From the NCBI GenBank assembly GCA_947629365.1, contig CANRDM010000001.1, forward strand, positions 1 to 56,631: DNA of 56,631 bases. Direction: 5' to 3'. This document shows, piece by piece, positions 45,322-50,881 of this stretch. The notes under the pieces were generated by a model. The model saw nothing but the letters and a program-made list of their open reading frames with translations. It did not search any database and was not told where the DNA came from. The DNA is from an uncultured Bacilli bacterium (lineage in GTDB: Bacteria; Bacillota_I; Bacilli_A; RF39; UBA660). The position numbers and the translations under genes were made by a program. Positions within the stretch are counted from its first letter, which is position 1. Each line of letters opens with the position of its first letter.

Positions 45322-45684
45322 TTGAAACTAATACACGATTGTATACGAGATGTAATGCTATACATAGAAGACAATTTACAAGACAATAATGTATTAATGA
45401 CTTCTGAAATAAGTTATAATGTTAGAAAATATACTCCAGAAGATATTAACTATACTTGCAAAAAATTATATGAGGCCGGATATCTTAACATTGAATGCTA
45501 TGTTAGTGGCGAAATTGCAATTAAAAGTATGACTTATAATGGTCATCTATTTTTAGATAATGTTAGAGATAATAAAATATGGTCTGCTACTAAATCAATA
45601 ATTTCTAAATTTGCAAGTGTATCTTTACCAATTATTCAACAAGTTGCTGTACAATTAATTAATAACCAGCTCGGAATTAAATAA
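45322..45684 (+). CDS. YjcQ/DUF2513-like winged-helix protein, opposite orientation to the early operon
   Basis: Start moved to TTG 45322 (AGGAGA 7 nt upstream). MKLIHDCIRDVMLYIEDNL...CKKLYEAGYLNIE...MTYNGHLFLDNVRDNKIW resembles remembered YjcQ/DUF2513 proteins. Confidence 0.55.
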   Translation: MKLIHDCIRDVMLYIEDNLQDNNVLMTSEISYNVRKYTPEDINYTCKKLYEAGYLNIECYVSGEIAIKSMTYNGHLFLDNVRDNKIWSATKSIISKFASVSLPIIQQVAVQLINNQLGIK

Positions 45685-45695
45685 TCCGAGTTTTT
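45670..45695 (+). terminator. intrinsic terminator
   Basis: CTCGGA-attaaataa-TCCGAG followed by T5. Confidence 0.65.
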
Positions 45696-45757
45696 ATTGT
45701 ATATAATTATATTTAAAATAATATTTTTTAAATAATTAGATATCATATATTCTCGCC

Positions 45758-46006
45758 TTAACTATCATTTGACACTTGAATATAAGACATATAGTCTTGT
45801 TTTAAAGCATTTAAAAATTCATCTATTTCTTTTTCAGAAGCTTTTAAAACATTTAAAATTTTCATAACTATATCTAGGTCACAATGTAGTAAATCATTTT
45901 CGTAAATATTATAAGCTTGCCTAGATATTCCAAGCTTTTCGGCTATATTATCTTGTGTGAGTAATCTTTGACCTCTAATGCTTTTTATAATTTTGGTTGT
46001 GTTCAT
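45758..46006 (-). CDS. Cro-like XRE-family regulator
   Basis: 82 aa with HTH RLLTQDNIAEKLGISRQAYNIYEN. Divergent from the cI-like gene. Confidence 0.8.
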   Translation of the reverse strand: MNTTKIIKSIRGQRLLTQDNIAEKLGISRQAYNIYENDLLHCDLDIVMKILNVLKASEKEIDEFLNALKQDYMSYIQVSNDS

Positions 46007-46028
46007 TTATTACCTCCTATCTAAGTAC

Positions 46029-46115
46029 ATTATATAAGACAATTTGTCTTGTGTCAATAATTTTTTGACAAATAGTCTTATTTTTGTTGATAATTTGTAA
46101 AAAACAAACTATAAT
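46029..46115. promoter_or_regulatory. lysis/lysogeny switch: divergent promoters and operators
   Basis: Minus strand: TTGACA (46057-52) - 17 nt - TATAAT (46034-29), with the perfect palindrome AAGACAATTTGTCTT (46036-46050) filling the spacer. Related half-site pair TTGACAAATAGTCTTA at 46065-46080. Plus strand: TTGATA (46087-92) - 17 nt - TATAAT (46110-15). Confidence 0.7.
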
Positions 46116-46133
46116 AATTAAAAAGGAGGAAAA

Positions 46134-46787
46134 ATGGAAAATAATTTTGCGTCAAATTTAAAACATTTGAGATTGCAAAAAGGACTAACTCAACAAGAAT
46201 TAGCGAATAAGCTTGGAAAAGATTATTCAACAATTGGAAAATGGGAATTAGGACAAAGAAGTCCTATAATGACTGATGTAATAAAAATCGCGAATTTTTT
46301 TGATGTATCTTTGGAGAAATTAATTGGTTCATCAATTATCTATGATAATGCAGAAATAATACCCACATCAGAAACTATACAAATTCCGGTTTTAGGAACT
46401 ATTAAAGCTGGAATTGCTATTGAAGCTCAACAAGATATATTAGAATATATAGATATACCAAAAGAATGGTTAAAAGGTGGCAAATTGTTTTACGGTTTAA
46501 AAATAAGTGGAGATAGTATGGCACCAAAATATGAAGAAAATGACATTGTTATATTTGAACAAAACAATGATTTTGATAAAGCCAATAATAAAGACTGTGC
46601 TGTTATGGTAAATGGTTTTGATGCTACATTTAAAAACGTAACAATAAACGAAAATGGTATAACACTTGTACCACTTAATTTAAATAATCAAGACCACTAC
46701 TTACCAACTTTTTACAATAAAGAACAAATAGCAAATTTGCCAGTTAAAATTATTGGTATTGCTAAAGAAAAGAGGACGAGATTATGA
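46134..46787 (+). CDS. CI-like repressor (XRE HTH + S24/LexA-type autopeptidase domain)
   Basis: N-terminus LRLQKGLTQQELANKLGKDYSTIGKWELGQR. C-terminus ...ISGDSMAPKYEENDIVIFE... (Ser of the S24 motif) with a Lys later in the chain. Confidence 0.9.
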   Translation: MENNFASNLKHLRLQKGLTQQELANKLGKDYSTIGKWELGQRSPIMTDVIKIANFFDVSLEKLIGSSIIYDNAEIIPTSETIQIPVLGTIKAGIAIEAQQDILEYIDIPKEWLKGGKLFYGLKISGDSMAPKYEENDIVIFEQNNDFDKANNKDCAVMVNGFDATFKNVTINENGITLVPLNLNNQDHYLPTFYNKEQIANLPVKIIGIAKEKRTRL

Positions 46788-47254
46788 AAAAAATATATAA
46801 AATATTAATACCAAGTGCTGTAGCTTTAGGTGTTATTGGAACTTTTACAGAAAATGATACACCAAATACAAATCTTATGGATAACAATAAAAGTTCTTAT
46901 ACTGAAACAGAATCAAAAAAAGATGTAGATAAAGAAGAAAATAATAACCAAACTGTAGAAAATGACAAAAAAGAAGAAACCACTGATAAAACAAATGATA
47001 AAACCTCCGACCAAAACGTTGACAAAACAACTGATAAAGTCGCTGATAAAACTTCTACAAATACAACAAATAATAATTCAAAAGATAAAACTGCTAACAA
47101 TAAAGATACAAATAAGGAAAACCAAAATTTGCCATTAAAAGCTATTTGCAATGACGGAACTATTTCTTATCAAGATGATTCAAGTAAAGATAATTATAGG
47201 GGAATGTGTTCTGGACACGATGGAATTAAAGAAAAATTAGGTAGAGTAAAATAA
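46784..47254 (+). CDS. secreted or membrane-anchored protein with a C-terminal DUF3761-like Cys motif, co-transcribed with the repressor
   Basis: The ATG overlaps the cI stop (ATGA). Signal/anchor ILIPSAVALGVIGTF, low-complexity (T/D/K/N) linker, C-terminus ICNDGTISYQDDSSKDNYRGMCSGHDGIK. Confidence 0.6.
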   Translation: MKKIYKILIPSAVALGVIGTFTENDTPNTNLMDNNKSSYTETESKKDVDKEENNNQTVENDKKEETTDKTNDKTSDQNVDKTTDKVADKTSTNTTNNNSKDKTANNKDTNKENQNLPLKAICNDGTISYQDDSSKDNYRGMCSGHDGIKEKLGRVK

Positions 47255-47370
47255 TAATAGTTAATAAAAATATATATTTTATTTAAAATTGCATATAATA
47301 GAGTTAGGAAAGTCAAAATTAATTGATTTTCTACCAAACTTGTGGTAATATAATTACACAAGTTGTAATT

Positions 47371-47476
47371 GACTGCATTGTGAAGAATTTTTTTCGAGGA
47401 ACATATTAGTCAGTCTGATTATAACATCAAGAATAGCGTTGTGAAGAGGAAACTCGAGGAACATATTAGTCTATTC
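47371..47476 (+). ncRNA. two tandem structured RNA repeats (61-nt period), candidate type III antitoxin
   Basis: Core GC(A/G)TTGTGAAGA-N7/8-CGAGGAACATATTAGT occurs twice (47375-47410 and 47436-47470). Each core is closed by a different helix, GACTG/CAGTC (47371-75/47411-15) and GAATAG/CTATTC (47431-36/47471-76), giving three compensatory pair changes. A TATAAT lies at about 47294. Confidence 0.6.
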
Positions 47477-47483
47477 GCTGTTT

Positions 47484-47513
47484 AAGGAACTCTATTATTA
47501 GGGTTCCTTTTTC
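47484..47513 (+). terminator. intrinsic terminator between the RNA repeats and the toxin gene
   Basis: AAGGAACTC-tattatta-GGGTTCCTT followed by TTT, about 20 nt upstream of the toxin RBS. Confidence 0.7.
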
Positions 47514-47533
47514 AATTGTTAGGAGGTAAATTT

Positions 47534-47902
47534 ATGAAAAATGGAGAAATATATTATATAGATTTTAAAGGCAATAGAGGTTCAGAAATAAATGATATAC
47601 ATTTAGGCATAATATTTACTATTCCTAAAGTAAAGAATATGGTATTTTGTATTCCTCTTACAAGTCCAAAAGAAAAACATTTTAAGAACATAGATGCATT
47701 TAATAATCGTAATCATAATGAATTAAAATATCAAAATTTAATTTATATAGATAAAACGGATTCAATAGCATTATTAGATCAAATTAGAACAATATCAACG
47801 CAAAGATTAATTAAATCTTATAACGTAACTTTAGATATTACACATATAAATTTAATTATAGTTAAAGTTAATAAATTTATAAAAAATGTAATGAAAAAAT
47901 AA
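47534..47902 (+). CDS. PemK/MazF-fold endoribonuclease toxin without a protein antitoxin gene
   Basis: 122 aa from ATG 47534 (AGGAGG 7 nt upstream). GEIYYIDFKGNRGSEINDIHLGIIF..., ...FCIPLTSPKEKH... and DSIALLDQIRTISTQRL parallel remembered B. subtilis MazF/EndoA (GDVYFADLSPVVGSEQ..., DSVILLEQIRTIDKQRL). Confidence 0.75.
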   Translation: MKNGEIYYIDFKGNRGSEINDIHLGIIFTIPKVKNMVFCIPLTSPKEKHFKNIDAFNNRNHNELKYQNLIYIDKTDSIALLDQIRTISTQRLIKSYNVTLDITHINLIIVKVNKFIKNVMKK

Positions 47903-47927
47903 TTAGGTTGAAATTTTAGAAAAATTA

Positions 47928-47961
47928 AAAAAGACCTCTACTCTGCTAGAACAGAATAGAG
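47928..47961 (-). terminator. minus-strand intrinsic terminator between the toxin and integrase genes
   Basis: On the minus strand CCUCUAUUCUG-uucuag-CAGAGUAGAGG (one G-U) is followed by UCUUUUUU. No T-run follows it on the plus strand. Confidence 0.55.
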
Positions 47962-48014
47962 GTAAATGAAAACCCAAACTAAACGAATTTTAATAGCCCA
48001 TATTAAATATATTT

Positions 48015-48056
48015 TTGCTACATATATTTGCTACATATATAGGTTTTCTATATAAT
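48015..48056 (+). promoter_or_regulatory. integrase promoter with a tandem 13-bp repeat
   Basis: TTGCTACATATAT occurs twice in tandem (48015-27 and 48028-40). The second copy supplies TTGCTA - 17 nt - TATAAT (48051-56). An inverted TGTAGC follows at 48057. Confidence 0.5.
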
Positions 48057-48091
48057 TGTAGCATAAATTTTAAGTAAAAGAAAGGAATTTT

Positions 48092-49534
48092 ATGAAAGAA
48101 GAAAGAATTGCTGCAATATATATTCGTGTCAGTACAGATTCTCAAACAGAATACTCTCCTGATGCACAATTAAAAGCAATAAAAGAATACGCCAAAAGAA
48201 ATAATATTGAAATAGATCCTAAATACATATACAAAGACGAAGGCTTTAGTGGCCGTAAAGCAGAAAAAAGACCAGCATTTATGCAAATGATCGCTACAGC
48301 TAAAACAAAGCCTACTGCCCCATTTAATGTTATCTTAGTACATAAACTAGATAGATTTGCAAGAAATCGTGAAGATAGTATAGTTTATAAATCATTACTC
48401 AAAAGGGAATGCAAAGTTGAAGTAATATCAATTACCGAAGATTTTGGCGATGATAAGTTTTCTGTTATTTTAGAGGCAATGTTAGAAGCAATGGCAGAAT
48501 ACTACTCTCTTAACTTATCTGATGAAGTAAAAAAAGGTATGGTTGAAAAGGCAAATAGAGGTGAATATCAAACAAAAGCACCCTTTGGCTATAAAATGGT
48601 CGATAAAAACTTAATTGTTGATACAGAGGCCTCAAAAATAGTAAAAATGATATTTAATGATTATCAAAATGGAATTAGTTTTAAAGGCATTGCTAAAAAA
48701 TTAAACAATTTAGGGATCAAAACTTCGCAAAATAATAAATGGGAAGTAAGAACTATTGAATATATATTAAGAAATCCTGTATATAAAGGTTATACTTTAT
48801 GGACACCTAATGCAAAAAGTAGTTGGGATTATAAATTTAAAGCAAAAAATGGCATCTTAAAAAAAGGAAGCCACGAATCAATTATTGAAGAAGCCACTTT
48901 TGATAATATTCAAAACCAAATTTTAAAGAAAAAAGATTTATATAAATCGACTTCAACTAGTAACTTTAGTTGGATTAGTAAGTTAGTAAAATGTAGTAAT
49001 TGTGGTTCTACTCTAACCACACAAAAAAATGCTCTTCAATGTATAGGCTATTCTCACGGAAGTTGTGAAGAAAGTCATTATATTAGTTATTCTAAAATTA
49101 TACCAGCAATATTAAATCAAATTCAAAAAGATTATAAAAATCCTATTAACATTAATTTTAGTAAGAAAAAAATAAAAAATGATATTTTAGATGAAAAAGA
49201 TATTTTAGAAAATAATTTAAAAAATTTGCAAGAAAAATTAGTAAGAAGTAAAAATTTATATTTAGAAGGAATAGATACTTTAGAAGAATATAAAGAGAAT
49301 AAATTGCAAATTGAAAAAAACATTAAGGAAATTAATGAAAAAATTGATAAACTACCTAAAGGCAAAGAAACAGTCAAAGAACAAAACATTTCTATAAATG
49401 CTAAAAATGTATATGAATTATTAATTGATGAAAAAATTGATATGGTAAAAAAATACACTGTCATTCACGAACTTATTGATTATATTGTTTATGATAAAAA
49501 AAATGAAACCATTGAGATTTATTACAAAGAATAA
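48092..49534 (+). CDS. large serine recombinase (phage integrase)
   Basis: 480 aa. Resolvase-type catalytic N-terminus AAIYIRVSTDSQ..., a recombinase domain, a zinc-ribbon CSNCGS..C...C and a C-terminal coiled coil. Its stop lies 21 nt from the att core. Confidence 0.93.
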   Translation: MKEERIAAIYIRVSTDSQTEYSPDAQLKAIKEYAKRNNIEIDPKYIYKDEGFSGRKAEKRPAFMQMIATAKTKPTAPFNVILVHKLDRFARNREDSIVYKSLLKRECKVEVISITEDFGDDKFSVILEAMLEAMAEYYSLNLSDEVKKGMVEKANRGEYQTKAPFGYKMVDKNLIVDTEASKIVKMIFNDYQNGISFKGIAKKLNNLGIKTSQNNKWEVRTIEYILRNPVYKGYTLWTPNAKSSWDYKFKAKNGILKKGSHESIIEEATFDNIQNQILKKKDLYKSTSTSNFSWISKLVKCSNCGSTLTTQKNALQCIGYSHGSCEESHYISYSKIIPAILNQIQKDYKNPININFSKKKIKNDILDEKDILENNLKNLQEKLVRSKNLYLEGIDTLEEYKENKLQIEKNIKEINEKIDKLPKGKETVKEQNISINAKNVYELLIDEKIDMVKKYTVIHELIDYIVYDKKNETIEIYYKE

Positions 49535-49539
49535 AAAAC

Positions 49540-49566
49540 ATCGCTTTTACACTTAGCACCTCCAAA
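49540..49566. other. attR junction (phage arm | GCACC core | host cotJC arm)
   Basis: atcgcttttacacttaGCACCtccaaa. Confidence 0.75.
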
Positions 49567-49650
49567 TTGAGTAAGTAAATATTTAGCCATTCTTAAATCT
49601 TTTTTGCTTATATTTATCGGATAATTGGTATGCTTAACATATTTAAACAT
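49556..49650 (-). pseudogene. cotJC: cotJC 5' portion (about 31 codons) separated from the rest of the gene by the prophage
   Basis: GGAGG lies 8 nt upstream of ATG 49650, which overlaps the cotJB stop. MFKYVKHTNYPINISKKDLRMAKYLLTQFGGA then reads into phage DNA (KCKSDVFYSL*). Confidence 0.85.
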
Positions 49651-50119
49651 AAAGATTACCTCCTAAATCATCCCAAGGCCAAGGACTATCAATCCAAGTA
49701 AACTTATCACCTTTAGTCTTATTTACTGTAAGTGGTCCATAACTTTCCATATATTCTTTTTTAGCTTCTTTTTCTTCTTTTACTAATTGCTCAAATAAAT
49801 CCATTACTTCTTTATCATCGGGATGAAGATCTAAGTATAAATTTAAATCATTGATGGCAAAAGAATATTGCATAACATTAAATAATTTTGCTTCTCTATC
49901 ACTTTTAGGGCGAATATTTATGTAAGTTAAATTTTTATAAGGAACATATTCATTTTTAAACATATTTCCTCTTAAAAATCCTTCTTTAGCTGGTAAAATA
50001 TTTGGATTACTTTTGTCAAACATTTGATTAGTCATATTAATACTTTTACCTAAATTATTACCACTAGTTAAGTTTAATAAAGCAAAATCTAAATCAACAT
50101 TGTTATTATCAAATAACAT
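49643..50119 (-). CDS. cotJB: spore coat protein CotJB with a CotJA-like N-terminal half (apparent fusion)
   Basis: The C-terminal half ...FNVMQYSFAINDLNLYLDLHPDDKEVMDLFEQLVKEEKEAKKEYMESYGPLT is CotJB-like. The N-terminal half ...LPAKEGFLRGNMFKNEYVPYKN resembles the CotJA motif. Confidence 0.75.
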   Translation of the reverse strand: MLFDNNNVDLDFALLNLTSGNNLGKSINMTNQMFDKSNPNILPAKEGFLRGNMFKNEYVPYKNLTYINIRPKSDREAKLFNVMQYSFAINDLNLYLDLHPDDKEVMDLFEQLVKEEKEAKKEYMESYGPLTVNKTKGDKFTWIDSPWPWDDLGGNLYV

Positions 50120-50140
50120 AAAAAAATTACCTCCTACATT

Positions 50141-50168
50141 AATGTATGAGATAATTAAAATACCTTAT
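50141..50168 (-). promoter_or_regulatory. sigma-E-type (mother-cell) promoter of the cotJ operon
   Basis: On the minus strand ATA (50168-66) - 17 nt - CATACATT (50148-41), matching the remembered sigma-E consensus ATA-N16-18-CATACA-T. Confidence 0.55.
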
Positions 50169-50178
50169 ATGCTTTCGC

Positions 50179-50793
50179 CTAATTTATGGTTTCAAATTCA
50201 TAAATATCTAATAATTGTTCAATATCAGTTATTTTTAATAATGTATTTTTAACACCATCTAAAACTTCTTTAACTTCACCATCTTGAATATAAATTAAAG
50301 CTGGTAAGTTATCAAGTTCTTTAAGATTTAGGCTTTCTTTAATTAAATCTAAATAGTTACTATTACTTTCTTTTAGTTTAGTTAAATCAACATAATAAAA
50401 TATATCATTTAATTTATATTTATCAATTAATTTTTTTAAACTCTTTTCTAGATTATAGATATTTTCGTCTTTTGTATAACTCATATAAATAAAATATGAT
50501 GATGGAGCTTCTTGTTTAATTAGTGATATAGAATTTAAATCATCTATACTAGACTCAATCGTATTTGATGATATTAAATAACTAATCAATAATTGTTCTT
50601 CTTTTTTAGAATTATACCAATTAAATATTAAGAATACTAAAAGAATACCTCCCACTAAAATCAATAGAGCATATAAATAATTTATAGGATTAATATATCT
50701 TTCTTTTGCACTAACTTTTACTACTTTTTTCTCTTCGCTACTTGTAGTGGCTTTTTTTGTAGCAACTGCCTTTTTTGGACTCATTAGTACCAT
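50179..50793 (-). CDS. membrane-anchored hypothetical protein (thioredoxin-like fold suspected, no CxxC)
   Basis: 204 aa with a basic N-terminus, TM helix YLYALLILVGGILLVFLIF and an extracytoplasmic alpha/beta-looking domain. Confidence 0.5.
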   Translation of the reverse strand: MVLMSPKKAVATKKATTSSEEKKVVKVSAKERYINPINYLYALLILVGGILLVFLIFNWYNSKKEEQLLISYLISSNTIESSIDDLNSISLIKQEAPSSYFIYMSYTKDENIYNLEKSLKKLIDKYKLNDIFYYVDLTKLKESNSNYLDLIKESLNLKELDNLPALIYIQDGEVKEVLDGVKNTLLKITDIEQLLDIYEFETIN

Positions 50794-50881
50794 ATCCTTT
50801 CATAATTATTTTATCATATTATAAAATTCTTTGTAAACTTCTTTTATACATTATATTTTAATTGTGTCAATTAATGCGTAA

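Larger units (their letters stand above)
17401..49560. mobile_element. integrated siphovirus-type prophage (about 32.2 kb) with a large serine recombinase, inserted in cotJC
   Basis: A complete lysis, tail, head, packaging, early, switch and integrase gene set is bounded by the two halves of cotJC. A shared GCACC core lies at 17400-17404 and 49556-49560. The phage-side arms form an imperfect inverted repeat. Boundaries are good to about +/-3 nt. Confidence 0.95.

Noticed and set aside
47371-47476. Possibility that the 61-nt-period repeats are a mini CRISPR array
   Set aside because: There are only two copies, the supposed spacer is shorter than the repeat, and there are no cas genes. The repeats are followed by a terminator and a toxin gene, which fits a type III antitoxin far better.
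47995-48045. Sporulation-specific (sigma-E or sigma-K) promoter in front of the serine recombinase
   Set aside because: CATATAT motifs in the tandem repeats resemble the CATACA-T and CATA---TA -10 elements. However, only an approximate ATA-18-CATATATT match can be drawn, and spacing to an AC -35 is wrong for sigma-K. This is not strong enough to claim, and a plain sigma-A-like TTGCTA-17-TATAAT is present.
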